From: the human T2T-CHM13v2.0 reference genome, Homo sapiens
DNA: 64,000 nt
Direction: 5' to 3' (one strand)
Assembly (NCBI RefSeq): GCF_009914755.1
Contig: NC_060930.1
Shown here: positions 50,473 through 64,000 of the stretch, in pieces
Layout of the letters: each line of letters starts with the position of its first letter
Numbering within the stretch: the first letter of the stretch is position 1
Notes under the pieces: generated by a model
Told to the model about the DNA's origin: nothing
Database searches by the model: none
Seen by the model: the letters and a program-made list of their open reading frames with translations, nothing else
Position numbers and translations under genes: made by a program

Positions 50473-52701
50473 TGTATTAGTCCATTTTCATACTGATAAT
50501 AAAGTCATACCCAAGGCTGGACAATTTACAAAAGAAACAGGTTTAATGGACTCACAGTTCTATGTGGCTGGGGAAGCCTCACAATCATGGTGGAAGGCAA
50601 GGAAGAGCAGGTCACGTCTTACATGGATGGCAGCAGGCAAAGAGAGAGCTTGTGGAGGGAAACTCCCCCTTATGAAACCATCAGGTCTTGGGATACTTAT
50701 TCACTATTACCAGAACAGCACAGGAAAGGCCTGCCCCCACAATTCAAATACCTGGGAATTCAAGATGAGATCTGGGTGGGGACACAGCCAAATCATGTCA
50801 TTCTGCCCTTGGCCCCTCCCAAATCTCATGTCCTCATATTTCAAAACCAATCATGCCTTCCCAACAGTCCCCCAAAGTCTTAACTCATTTCAGTATTAAC
50901 TCAAAAGTCCACAGTCCAACATCTTATCTGAGACAAGGAAAGTCTTTTCGCCTATGAGCCTGTAAAGTCATAAGTAAGTTAGTTAGTTCCTAGATACAAC
51001 AGGGGTACAGGCATTGGGTAAATACAGTCATTTCAAATTGGAGAAATTCGCCAAAACAAAGGGACTACAGGCCCCATGCAAGTCCAAAATCCAGTGGGGC
51101 AATAAAATCTTAAAGCTCCAAAATGATCTCCTTTGACTCCATGTCTCACATCCAGATCACGCTGATGGAAGAGGTGGGTTCCCATGGCCTTGGGCAACTC
51201 TGCCCCTGTGTGGCTTTGCAGGGTACAGCCTCCCTCCTGGCTGCTTTCATGGGCTGGTGTTGAGTGTCTGCAGCTTTTCCAGGCACAGAGTGCAGGCTGT
51301 CAGTGGATCTACCATCCTGGAGTCTGGAGGACGGTCGTCCTTTTCTCACAGCTCCACTAGGAAGTGCCCCAGTAGGGACTCTGTGTGGGGGTTCCAATCC
51401 CACATTTCCCTTCTGCACTGTCCTAGCAGAGGTTCTCCATGAGAGCCCATCCCTGCAGCAAATTTCTGCCTCGACATCCAGGCATTTCTATACAACCTCT
51501 GAAATCTAGGCAGAGGTTCCCAAACCTCAATTCTTCTGTGCACTTGCAGGCTCAACATCATGTGGAAGCTGCCAAGGCTTGGGGCTTGCACCCTCTGAAA
51601 CCATGGGCTGAGCTCTATGTTGGCCCCTTTCAGCCATGGCTGGAGCAGCTGGGATGCAGGGCACCAAGTCCCTAGACTGCACACAGCACAGGGACTCTGG
51701 GCCCCAAAACCACTTTTTCCTCCTAGGCCTCCAGGCCTGTGATGGGAGGGGCTGCTGTGAAGACTTCTGACATGCCCTAGAGACATTTTCCCCATTGTTT
51801 TGGGGATTAACATTTGGCTCCTTGTTACTTATGCAAATTTCTGCAGCCAGCTTGAATTATTTCCCTTCAGAAAATGGGTTTTTCTTTTGTATCACATTGT
51901 CAGGCTACAAATTTTCTGAACTTTATGCTCTGTTTTCCTTATAAAACTGAATGTCTCTAACAGCACTCAAGTCACCTCTTGAATGCTTTGCTGCTTAGAA
52001 ATTTCTTCTGTCAGATACCCTAAATCATCTCTCTCAAGTTCAGAGTTCCACAAATCTCTAGGGCAGGGGCAAAATGCCACCAATCACTTTGCTAAGTCAC
52101 CTGTGCTCCAGTTCCCAACAAGTTCCTCATTTCCCTCTGAGACCACCTCAGTGTGGACTTTACTGTCCATATCATTGTCAGCATTTTGGGCAAAGCCATT
52201 CAACAATTCTCTAGGAAGTTCCAAACTTTCTCACATTTTTCTGTCTTCTCCTGAGCCCACCAAACTGTTCCACCCCTGCCTGTTACCCAGTTAGAAAGTT
52301 GCTTCCACATTTTCAGGTATCTTTTCAGCATCACCCCACTCTCTGTACTACTAATTTACTGTATTAGTCCATTTTCACACTGCTGATAAAGACATACCCA
52401 AGACTGGGCAATTTACAAAAGAAAGAGGTTTAATGGACTTACAGTTTCACATGGCTGGGGAGGCCTCACAATCATGGTGGTAGGTGAAAGGCATGTTTCA
52501 CATGGTGGCAGACAAAAAAAGAGAGCTTAAGCAGGGAAACTCCCCCTTATAAAACCATCAGATCTTGTGAGACTTATTCATTATCACAAGAATAGCATGG
52601 GAAAGACCTGCCCACATGACTCAATTACCTCCCACTGGGAACCTCCCATAACATGGGAATTCAAGATGAGATTTAGGTGGGGACACAGCCAAACCATATC
52701 A
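50473..52701 (-). mobile_element. Full-length THE1B-like MaLR provirus
   Basis: LTRs 50473-50800 and 52360-52701, ~1.56 kb internal region, perfect 5 bp TSD CACCT (50468-50472, 52702-52706). Confidence 0.95.
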
Positions 52702-53451
52702 CACCTCATTCCACATTTATCTCATCACAGCAGACTCCAGAGCAGGAGGCCAGGCCTGGCAGTGCAGCATCACAGGCACAGGAAAAGGAAGCCTCCCTGC
52801 AGTAGCCAGCCATGTGCCCTGTACTGTGGCTGCAATGCTACAGGGCCTGCACCCTGTCTCTCTGGTCCTGATGGGATTGGAGCCTCAGCCTTCCCAGGGC
52901 ACAGCGCCCCTGCTGGAAGGTCTGCTCCAGCGCAGTCTTGCAGACACCTGCCTGGACTCAGCCATCTGCCAGGACTGGCCTGGCCGACCCCAGCTTTGCT
53001 ATGAATGGGACTCTCCAGATGAATGACCCCATTAGGGATGGGACAGTCCATTGACAATTAGACTCATGGCTTCCTTGTCTCCAGGGTCACAGTTGCCCTG
53101 TGTGAAGTCCTGTGCCCACCCTTAACAATGGCTTTGTTTGCCCTGTCTACTGATCATGACTTTTGTCTGTCAGCCTAATATCTGCCCATCCCTTGACAGA
53201 GGCATGGGAGAGTGCTTTGGCCTTACCTGAACCTGGACCTAGACCTAGAGATGTGGAAGTTTCTGAAGCTTGTGAGCTGCCCTTTTATCTCTGTCATGGC
53301 TCATCTGAGTTTGGGGGAATGTCTATTCTGATGGGAAGGGATTCAGAATGGCTTCTGACTCATTTGCTGTCCTGTCCTCATGACCCTTGCAAAGCTGGGA
53401 TGTTACAGCTGCCAGGGAGGCTAAGACTGCTTCCCTCAGCCCCTACCTTGC

Positions 53452-55744
53452 TGTATTAGTCCATTCTCATGCTGCTAATAAAGACATACCTGAGACTGGG
53501 TAATTTATAAGGGAAAAAGGTTTAACTGATTCACAGTTCAGCCTGGCTGGGGAGGCCTCAGGAAACTTACAATCATGGCAGAAGGGAAAGGAAATACATC
53601 TTTCTTCACATGGCAGCAGGAAGGAGAAGTGCTAAGCACAAGAGGGGAAAGCCCCTTCTAAAACGATCAGATCTTGTGAGAACTCACTCATTGTCACAAG
53701 AAGAGAATGGAGGTAACCACCACCATGATTCAATTACCTCCCACTGGGTCTCTCCCATGACACCTGGGGATTATGGGAACTACAACTCAAGATGAGGTTT
53801 GGGTGGGGACACAGCCAAACCATATCATTCCACCCCTGGCCCCTCCCAAATCTCATGTCCTCACATTTCAAAACACAATCATGCCTTCCCAACAGTCCCC
53901 CAAAGTCTTAACCCATTCCAGCATTAACACAAAAGTCAAAATCCAAAGTCTCCTTGAGACAAGGCAAGCCCCTTCTGCCTATTAGCCTGTAAAATCAAAA
54001 GCAAGTTAGCTACTTCTCAGATGCAATGGGGGCACAGGCACTGGGTAAATGTTTCTGTTCCAAATGGAAGAAACTGGCCAAAACAAAGGGGCTATAGGCC
54101 CCATGCAAGTCTGAAATCCAATAGGGCAGCCATTAAAACTTAAAGTTCCAAAATGGTCTCCTTTGACTCCATGTCTCACATCTAGGTCATGCTGATGTAA
54201 GAGGTGGGCTCCCATGGCCATGGGTAGCTCTGCCCCTGTGGCTTTTCAGGGTACAGCCCCCAACCCCAGCTTCTTTCATGGCTGGCATTGAGTGTCTGTA
54301 GGTTTTCCAGGCACACGGTGCAAGCTGGCAGTGGATCTATCATTCTGGGGTCTGAAGGAGGGTGGCCCTCTTCTCAGAGCTCCACCAGGCAGTGCCCCAG
54401 TGGAGACTCTGTGTGGGGCCTCCGACCCTACATTTCCCTTTCACACTGCCATAGCAGAGGTTCTCCAAGAGGGCTCCACCTCTGCAGCAAACTTCTGCCC
54501 GAACATCCAGGCATTTCCACACATCACCTGAAATCTAACAGGAGGTTCTCAAACCTCAATTCTTGACTTCTGTGTATGCACAGGACCAACACCATGTGTA
54601 AGCCACTAAGGCTTGGGGCTTATACCCTCTGAAGCAATGGCCTAAGCTGTACATTGGTCTCTTTTAGCGACAGCTGGAGCTGAAGCAGCTGAAAAGCAGA
54701 GCACCATGTCCTGAGGCAGCACAGAGCAGGAGGGCCCTGGGCCTAGCCCAGGAAACCATTTTTCCCTCCTAGGCCTACAGGTCTGTGATGGGAGAGGCTG
54801 CCATGAAGGTCTCTGACATGCCCTGGAGACATTTTTCCCATTTTCTTGGTGATAAACATTTGGCTCCTCATTATTTATGCAAATTTCTACAGCAGGCTTC
54901 AATTTCTCCCTAGAAAATCTGGTTTCCTTTTCTATCACATCACCAGGCTGCAAAATTTCCAAACTTTTATGCTCTGCTTCCTCTTGAATGTTTTACCACT
55001 TAGAAATTTCTTCTGTCAGATACCCTAAATCATCTCTTTCAAGTTCAAATTGTCACAGATCTCTAGGGCAGGGGAAAAATGCTGCCAGTCTCCTTGCATA
55101 GCAAGAGTGACCTTTACTCCCATTCCCAACAAGTTCCTTATCTCCACCTGAGATCACCTCAGCCTGGACTCCATTGTCCATATCACTATCAGCATTTTGG
55201 GCAAAGCTATTCAAGAAGTCTCTAGAAGTTCCAAACTTTCCCACATTTTCCTATCTTCTTTTGAGCTCTCCAAACTGTTCCAACCACTGCCTGTTACACA
55301 ATTCCAAAGTCACTTCCACATTTTTGTGTATCCTTATAGCAGCACCCCACTCTCTGCAGTACAAGTTTACTATATTAGTCTGTTTTCATGCTCCTAATAA
55401 AGACATACTTGAGACTGGGTAATTTATAAATGAAAGAGGTTTAATTGACTCACAGTTTTGCATTGCTATGGAAGCCTTAGGAAACTTACAATCATGGCAG
55501 AAGGGGAAACAAACACATCCTTTTTCACATGATGGCAGGAAGAGGAAGTGCTGAGCAAAAGGGGGAAAGCCCCTCATAAAACCATCAGATCTTATGAGAA
55601 CTCACTTCACAAAAACAGCAGCATGGGGGTAACCACCCCCATGATTAAGTTACCTCCCATTGGGTCCTTCCCAGAACACCATAGGGATGATGGGAACTAC
55701 AATTCAAGATGAGATTTGGGTGGAGACACAGCTATACCATATCA
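53452..55744 (-). mobile_element. Full-length THE1D-like MaLR provirus
   Basis: LTRs 53452-53827 and 55371-55744, ~1.54 kb internal region; diverged TSD CTTGC/CTGGG. Confidence 0.93.
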
Positions 55745-56001
55745 CTGGGGTCAAAGCTTCATAGACTGCTAACGCTTTGCTAGGCTGAGACCTACAGAGG
55801 CCAGGACCCACCCTGTGGGTCTGTGGGAGAGAACTCAGGGCTCTTCCTTGGTGACAAAACCATACAGCACAAAACCAGGGTCAGAGGTAAGAGGGGACCC
55901 ATGACCCCCTGGCCTGGGTGTCTCAACCTGAAGATCAGGTCTTGCTTAGATGATCGCTACAGGGACAGTGCTGTACTGAGGCAGAAGGTACATTGTGGCT
56001 T

Positions 56002-56146
56002 CAGGGCTGACCCCGCCGCTGCACCAGCACACAGAGCCCTGCCTGGGTCTCTGCCTTCACCATCCTGAAAGTCTTAATGACCTCGGAACAAGGGGTCCTG
56101 CATTTTCATTTTGCACCAGGCTCTGAGAATTATGTAGCTGGTCCTG
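56002..56146 (+). mobile_element. MER91A (hAT) remnant
   Basis: GAACAAGGGGTCCTGCATTTTCATTTTGCAC...AATTATGTAGCTGGTCCTG. Confidence 0.7.
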
Positions 56147-56214
56147 ATCAGATTTCCTCTGTGCTGACAGAAAGCCCCAGTGGTGCAAAACTTAATTGAA
56201 AGAACAGACTAGAC

Positions 56215-56407
56215 CAGCAGCTCTCAAGGGTGGAATTGTGCTCTGGGGGCACATTTGCCAATGTCTGGAGACATTTTTGGCTCTCTGTGCTGGTGCTGAG
56301 TAGGATGCAGCCAGGGATGCTGTGAAACTATCTACAAGGCACAGCAGTCTCCAGCAACAGAGTCATCCCGCTCCAAGTGTCAATACTGCTGAGGCTGAGG
56401 AACCCTG
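56215..56407 (+). mobile_element. MER20 (hAT-Charlie)
   Basis: CATTTGCCAATGTCTGGAGACATTTTTGG...GCCAGGGATGCTG...AAGTGTCAATACTGCTGAGGCTGAGGAACCCTG. Confidence 0.85.
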
Positions 56408-58461
56408 GGCTAGAGCAATGTATGCAGCCCAGGCAGCTGCAGGAACTGCTTATGAGTCCAATCAAAGGAGCCAGCGCTGTCCAGAGGAGGCTTCCCAGCA
56501 CCAGGAGGGGCTGGAATTTAACCATAGTCTGGCAAAAAGAAGTCTTCCCAAGACACCAAACCCCGTACCCCTTTAGCCCTTCCTCCTGAGAGTACAGGCC
56601 ATACATCAGACAAAACCTGCATTCTGCAGAAGGAACACCCTCTGTGACCGGGTGGGTTGCAGCATGGCTGAAACATGCATGCATTTGAAGAAGCGGCTGC
56701 CCACAGAGGTCATTCTGGAATCATACTGCAGACAGAGGCCGCGAGGCAGGGCCGTGAGGGCAGGGGAGGAAAACTCACCAAGTCTGGTGTCCTCTGCCAT
56801 GATGTTAGAAATCAAACTTTTATGAGTGTGACAGGCAGATGGTCAAAACCACGCCGATGTGCCAGGTGTTTTAATGAGCCCGGTCTCCAAGTCAGCACGG
56901 CACCCCGGAGCGCAGCATTCCTGGAGTTACCTAGGTTACTCCACCGAGGCAGCCCTGGGCAGCGAGGCCTCAGGTGAAAACCTTGAAAAGCGGCTCAGGC
57001 ATTAGCATGACAAAGAGCCGCCACCTGGGGCGGCTCTGGGCCCGGCCTCCTGGCTGCCAGGACAGACGCTGTTGTTGTTTGTCTTTTTGTTTTGTTCGTC
57101 TTAAAGAACATCCTGAAGATGTTTGCTGGGGCTGGTAACCAAGCAGCAAGAGTTTATGCTCAAAATAGACATTGTTTGTAATTTTTCACCCCAGTTACCC
57201 TAGAAATTTCTCAAATGATTTCTTTATAGCAGCAGACGCAGGACTCCATCCCACCCCCCACTGGCCCTGCTCCTTAGAGGGATAATGAGCTGGGCCCCCT
57301 CAGCCTCCTTCCCACTGATTACTGTTTATTAAGCGTCCGCGAGAAGCGGGGCCTGTTTTCCCTCAGCCTTTTTTATCTCCTAATGTGTGTGTGTGCCATG
57401 CAGATTAGGATAGGAAAATGCTAATTTACACTGCACAGCGAGCTGCTCAGAAAGCCAGATCTGCACAGACCCGTGAGCCCGGGGGCGGCGCAGGGGCGCC
57501 AGGAGACGCAGACTGGTGCCCCAGGCTCCAAGGCAGCAGACCTGGGGTAGTTGGTGTAGATGTGTTCAACCGCATTCAAGTGGTGCATTACTAGAAATGG
57601 GGCTGGTGTGGAAGAAGCTCCACGCACATCCTGTATTGGCACCGCTCAGCCAGCTGGGCTTCTCTGGTCACCATGGACACTCCAGGCTGGACAGGGTGCC
57701 TCTTAGGAACCTGTCTCCACTGCTCTGTCCCCCAGGCCTGCTAACTTGGTTGCTGGAGGGTCAGGGCTGCAGAGAGACCAGGGGTTCACTCAGGTTCTCA
57801 AGGTCACCTTCCTGGAACCCTTGAAGGAAGGGCAGCAGCTCCGGAGATGCTGGGACCCTGCATGTGATCTCCAGGGTAACTACTTAACTGAAACCACTGA
57901 ATGCTGCCTTCACACAGCGGAACTGAGTTTATGAGGCTTTCCATTTCAAGGAGGATGCAGCCATTGACCTTGTTAACTCACTGGAAGGTGGGGAGTCTCT
58001 GTTAGCTGAATCAAGGTTGAAAGAGAACAGCCACAGCTGGTGGAGGTAGAGGAGGACGAGACTGAGCTTAGGGTGTGTTACGAAACTGGCGTTTCTGGAC
58101 GCAAGCAGCCTCTGAGAGGCAATGGGGAATCAGAGCTGGGCAGCAAAGCGCAGCTCGCGCCTGCAGCACGAAATTTCCAGTGAAATGAAGACTCAGAGTC
58201 AGAACAGGCCGTGGAGACCATGTGGCCATGCTGTCTCGTCAGCGTACCTGAAGAAGATGAGCTACACCATGGCACTCAGAAGCCCTCCTCAGCTCCCAGG
58301 ACTCTCCTGCGTGGGGACAGAGTGTCACTACTCCCGCCCACTCCCCAGGGGACATGTCTCGGGTCTCATTTCCGTTAAACTCACCTCCACCTAACTCCAC
58401 CCCCGGCTCTGGGCTATTGCTTTGAGCTGTCAATTTTGTATTAGATATATAAGTAAGGTTT

Positions 58462-59145
58462 TGTCAACGAAACAAGTCAAACTCTGTAAAATATTTGAAG
58501 AGATTTATTCTGAGCCAAATGTGATTGCCCATGGCCCGTGACACAGCCCTCAGGAGGTCCTGAGAACACGTGCCCAAGGTGGTCGGGGCGCAGCTTAGTT
58601 TTATAGATTTTAGAGAGACATGAGACTTCAATCAAATATATTTAAGACATACATTGGTTCAAGAAAGGCAGGACAATAAATTGATACAAATTGATTCTCA
58701 TTTTGAATCCATATGTATACACTGCCTTTGTATTAAGAAGCTAATTGGTATATTGAAGGGAGGTTTCCAGGTTATAGGTAAATTAAAAATTTTTCTGGTT
58801 GACAATTGGTTGAGTTTATCTAAAGACCTGGGTTCAATAGGAAGGAACGTCTGGGTTAAGAAAAGTTCTTGTTGAAACCAAAGTTCTGATTGTGCAGAGG
58901 AAGCCTTCAGGTAACAGGCTTCAGAAAGAATAGAATGTAAATGTCTCTTATCAGACTTAAGGTCTGTTTGATGTTAATGCCAGAGAGGTATCATGAGTCC
59001 TGTCTGGCCCCCACTTCCCATCATGGCCTGAACCAGTCTTTCAGGTTAAATTTTAAGAGCACCCTGGCGGAGGAGGAAGTCCATTCAGATGATTGCATGG
59101 TGTGGTGCGGTGGGGCGGGGCTTGGAATTTTATTTTTGGTTTACA
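58462..59145 (-). mobile_element. MER4A-like solo LTR
   Basis: TGTCAACGA...TTTTTGGTTTACA, reverse complement of MER4; 4 bp TSD GTTT on both sides. Confidence 0.9.
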
Positions 59146-59198
59146 GTTTATTAAATCTGTGTTAATGCATTGAATTCAGGCCATAAAAATTTCTTTAA

Positions 59199-59664
<466 letters not shown>

Positions 59665-60149
59665 TTAAAAGTTATCTGTAATCAAAAATATTTTGGCACC
59701 AAGCATGTTCCTTTCTTGTAACCTGTATTCTATGTTCAAAAAATCGTTGAATTCACATCCCCCAGAATAGAAACTCCATGAGAAGAACATTGCGGTTCTT
59801 ATTGAGAGATGTCTTCTAGGCTCCTAAAATAGTGTCTGATACATAAACATCACTCGAGGAATATTGTTGGATGCATAAACATACCGGGCCCATGGCACAT
59901 GCATGCACACCACACACAATGTGTTGTCTGCTCCATTAATACTTCCATTACTGGTATGCTGGGATGGTGTAAAGAGTGAACACAACCTGCCCAACACACT
60001 TTGTATAGATTTTTCTGGAATATAAGTGGCTCTTTGACTAATTCTAAAGTTTATTCTAAAAGAAATGTAGCTATAAAGTTGCTTCTCATATATAATCAAG
60101 TGAAAAGACTAGAACACACAGTAGGATCTAAGGTATGGTCGTAAATTGC

Positions 60150-60310
60150 TTTAAAAACATATCGACACACACTCCTAGAAGAACGTTGGAAGAATATGCA
60201 CCCAAGTGTTGGCAGTCAAGATTTTCCCCTCATTCTGTATTTTTGTATTTATATTTTCTCATTTTGAATCAATACGATGCACTGCCTTTGTATTAAGAAG
60301 CTAATGGGTA
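60150..60310 (+). mobile_element. L1ME3/4-type 3' terminus
   Basis: TGGAAGAATATGCACCCAAGTGTTGGCAGT followed by a T-rich tract and ATGCACTGCCTTTGTATTAAGAA. Confidence 0.55.
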
Positions 60311-63079
60311 CTTTTTTCCTGGGGAGTGTGTTTGGTTTTAGAGCAGGAGTCATCATCTGCCAGGCGTCCGACTCCCCTGCGCTGCCTGCTGATGCTTCCC
60401 ATCACACCCAGGGCCTGAGGGAGGAAGTGGGCTCCTGCAGCATGGTCAGGGCAGTGAGATGAGGCAGAAGCGGCACTGAGGGGATTCCCTGAGGGACTTG
60501 GGGAGGGTCTCCATGCATCCCGCCAAAGGTTGGCGCCTCCTGGGGTCTCGTCTGACCTCCCAGCACCAGGGATGGGGTGCCCCTGCTGGGACCTTGGAGC
60601 CTGGGCTCCCTGACGGCTTGCTCTATGTAGCTCAAGGCTCCCCCATTCCATTACTTTGAAAGGGAAAGGAGAGGGAATAAGGACAGAGGGAAGGAGGAGG
60701 GAGGGAGGAGGCAGGCGGGAGCTGAAACAACCTCCGGCAGCACATCTGTGGGTGCCAGGCCTCCGAATGCAGCGCTGAGTAAGACGAACTCCCAGCCTTC
60801 ATGGAGGAGCAGATACCAACTGGCAATTTGCATGATTGATTATTTAGCCACAACTGTGATGAGTGCAACTGAGGACAGGCACAGGGCCTAAGGCGGTGCC
60901 CGAGAAGATGCCAGGCCGGGGCTGGGACCGGGCTGAGATCCGAGATTGGGAGGTCCAAGTGTGTCCTGAGTTGCTTATCTCTGCCTGCAGGAGTGTCTGT
61001 GAGAAAGAAAAAGGAACTGCAGGTTCCCTCCGTGAACTCCCATAGCCCTGCCCAGTGAGGACAGCCAGGCCTGGCCAACAGCCGGGCCAGCGCGTCTGCC
61101 CCCTGGAGCTCTCTCTTCCCTTCAAGCGGGGGCTGGCGGTGGGGAGGTCACAGGCCGGAGCACGAAGTCCTGGCTGCACAAGAGGCTTCCCTGAGGGAGG
61201 AAGCTGCTCCCTTCCACAAAGGTCTCTCCAAAGGACCTTCCTAATTTGCTGCTGGCGGAGAGACAAACAACACAGTGGCCATGCCAACTGGGGAGAGAGG
61301 CCAAATGGAAAGAAACTACAGGCCACACTGCAAGGTGGTGGGGAAGAGGGCTTTGGCTTGCTTGTCCTTATATGTGGTGAAAACTAGAGCGGCAGCTTTC
61401 ATCAGGCCAAAGCAGGATGAAAAGGTCAGAGGGAGCATGGCACAGGACAGCATCTGACTGCCAGCAGATGAGCAATGAAGCCAGGATGCAAGAGGATGTG
61501 TATGCAGCGGCATTTGGGATGCGGAGAGAAGACGCAAGCCTGGGAAGCGCAAAGGGTTCCGGCCTCATCCATCACATCACCAAGTTCCTATTTTACCCTT
61601 GATTCTAAGCAGCAGCTAAATGAGCAGATTAAATACTTAGAAATGCCGCATTGTGGAGTGTGGAGGCCCAATGGCCAGCGAGGAGGCTATAAACAGAGTC
61701 AGTGAGAGACGAGGAGAAAACAGTTCTCTAGGAGGCGTCCTTCTCTTCTGCTTTGATGGTTGTGATACAAGCAGGCAGGAAGGATCCATGAGTGAAAGGC
61801 ATATGTGAAATACAATTTTCAGTTTCCTTCTTTCACAACTGGGTAAAAATAATCATTCACCAAGACAGAGAACAGACAGGAGGAGGAGTCTACATAGGAA
61901 TATGGTCATTATTGAAAACCGAGGCAAGGGAGAGTCAGTCGAGCTCCAAAGCCCAGACACACATGGGAGCACTGCTAGGAAAAACAGCAAAGTTGTTGAA
62001 GACCTAGCATCTACCTTGGCCCCACAACAGACACAGGAACAGCTCTGCCTCCTCGAGTTCTTCAGACTCAGACTGCAGTGCTCTTTGGAAGGAACTTTAG
62101 GTAAATACAGAACCAACAAGTCCATCGTCTACGTGTGTAGCTGTGGCTATGGGGCAGAAGATGGTCATTGATGGTGAGAGAGGGAACGGGCTGGTGGCAG
62201 GAAGGATCACAAAATGAGGCCTAGACCAATGTCCACATCATGGGATGCTGAGGTGGCCTCTCAGGCAACATCAGATGCAAAACAGATACCAGAATATTCA
62301 CCCAGGTTGGATTCCTTAGGCCCCTCGTTCTGAAAGCAAAAGTGCTCAGATTCAGTCATGAGAGGGAATGTGAGGACACACTTGTGAGGACCAGGCACCT
62401 CACATGTTCAGAAGGTCGGAAAATAGCCTCTGAAAGGTGAATCCTGTGCTTGGCTTGCTGAAGGGGTCCCTGGCAAAGCACAGCCCCAGCTGTGTCCTTG
62501 TTGTAACAAGCCAGTGCCTAGTGGGCTCTCTGAGCTTATGCGGTCTGCTAACAAATGATCTGGAAACTTTGTAAGTACAGTATTGATTATGACTAAAGAT
62601 AAAGTAGATTTAATTTCACTGGCAATCTGAAAAGAGTATCTTTAAGAAAAGCTAAGTGACCTATGAATTAGAAGAGAATAAGAAAGAATAAGTAGATAAT
62701 CCCAGATCAGCTTTCCTTGACCTTCATAACTGCAAAAGATTCCTTTTTTTTGCCTTGAGATATTCCACTTATATGAATAAAGTGAAATAGTATTGTTCCT
62801 TTAGAAAATAATTTTGACAGGTCTTACTAATTATTGAGATAATCACTTGTTTGCTGTCCAGAGAACAAAAGCCTGCATTTCAGAAAGGCCAATATTGTTT
62901 TTATTTGCCTTATACTTTCAGTGGGTAGGCTTAGGTTTATTTCAGACTTAGGTTTTCTTGCAATGCAGGTATTATGTAGGCTATATGCCTGCCCATGCAG
63001 TCATGTTGATTTAAGTGTATAAAATGCTTGGACACATGGAATCATGGATCCTAGAGAAGAAGCTATCTAAAGAGCTTAT

Positions 63080-63430
63080 TGTGTCAGTCAGGATGGGCTA
63101 AGTTATGCTGTGCTAACAAACAATTCCAAGATCTTAAAGAACAAAAATAAATAGGCTTATTTTGTGCTTCTGCTGCACTTTCAATGCCAGTCAGTAACAG
63201 TTCTTCTGCATATTGTTCAGTAGTTCAGGCTGAGGAAGTTTTAACTGGAAAATTGCTGGTTGTTACAACAGAAGGAAAGTAAAAACATGGGAAACCATGT
63301 GTTCGCTCTCAAAGCTTCTACCCACATGTGTGACACATTCCTTTTGCTCACATTTTACTAGCCAAACTCAGTCATGAAGCCATGCATGCAGGGAACAAAG
63401 GTGGAAATGTGTAATGCGCCCATCAGGATG
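63080..63430 (-). mobile_element. MLT1 (J/I-like) LTR
   Basis: TGTGTCAGTCAGGATGGGCTAAGTTATGCTGTGCTAACAAAC...CTCAAAGCTTCTACCC...TGCTCACATTTTACTAGCCAAA. Confidence 0.75.
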
Positions 63431-64000
63431 CACACCAAAGTCTTGGACACAACAGTGGTCTTGCACCCTGCTTTGAGACAAGGTCTACAAATGATCCTTG
63501 TATACCCTTCTTCCCAATGACTCTCATGTGAGCCTTTCCTAGATGCAGTCTTCAGCAAGAGGACTCTCAGCCTTCCACGTAATGGAAATACAATCAGCAG
63601 TTGAAAGCACAGAATTAACTCCACTGGTGTAAAAGCTAGTGCCTTGCTTCTGTCCCAGAGTCACCAGGATGTCCACCAGGGAAATGAGTCAAGTTGACTC
63701 TGCAGTGAAGAGGCTGCATCAGCATCAGCCCTGTGTCATCCACGATGATTACATTATCCATATCCCTGGTGATGGAGCTAAAATATCCAATGATCACACA
63801 TAGGACACAATGACACACTGTAGATCATGACCTGCCTAGGCCACAATTTGCACTAGGGATCAATGACCTAGAACTACATCAGTGAAATCTGTTGAACAAT
63901 GAGAGAAGAGATTCTCTTACTTCAGTAATTGAGAAGAAAAATGAATTCTCCTACCTCAGTAACTGTGGAAAAAGACTGATTTACCTCAGTACCTGTGAAG

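Noticed and set aside
50120-55577. ORFs within the THE1 elements
   Set aside because: Fragmented, stop-riddled MaLR internal or LTR sequence
63620-63870. Possible decayed reverse-transcriptase motif (RDMDNVIIVDD) on the minus strand
   Set aside because: Only a faint resemblance to an ERVL RT YIDD region; needs an nhmmer/Dfam search

Overview
Primate (very likely human) genomic DNA with no recognisable protein-coding gene, tRNA, rRNA or CRISPR array; I cannot name the locus from sequence alone. AluJ/S/Y, THE1, MER4 and MER61 elements establish the primate origin. About 6-44 kb is GC-rich and subtelomere-like, with a CpG island (~11.8-13.2 kb) and about a dozen minisatellites. The flanks are mostly transposon remnants: L1M fragments, a deleted ERVL/MLT2 provirus nested in an L1, two full-length THE1 proviruses, and solo MER4, MLT1 and MLT2 LTRs. 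Nearly all listed ORFs come from repeats or high GC content. The most notable structures are: (1) a ~340 bp, ~98% identical non-TE inverted repeat flanking 2.15 kb, with a 69 bp direct repeat inside (candidate inversion or template-switch scar); (2) a 41-mer VNTR that multiplies a NotI/YY1-like GCGGCCGCCATGT motif; (3) a perfect-Kozak ORF running into a 27-mer VNTR; (4) a locally templated insertion in a MER4 LTR; (5) a THE1 provirus with a perfect TSD but discordant LTRs. I see no evidence of a new multi-gene system. Repeat subfamily calls come from recalled consensus sequences, and boundaries are approximate unless TSDs are given.
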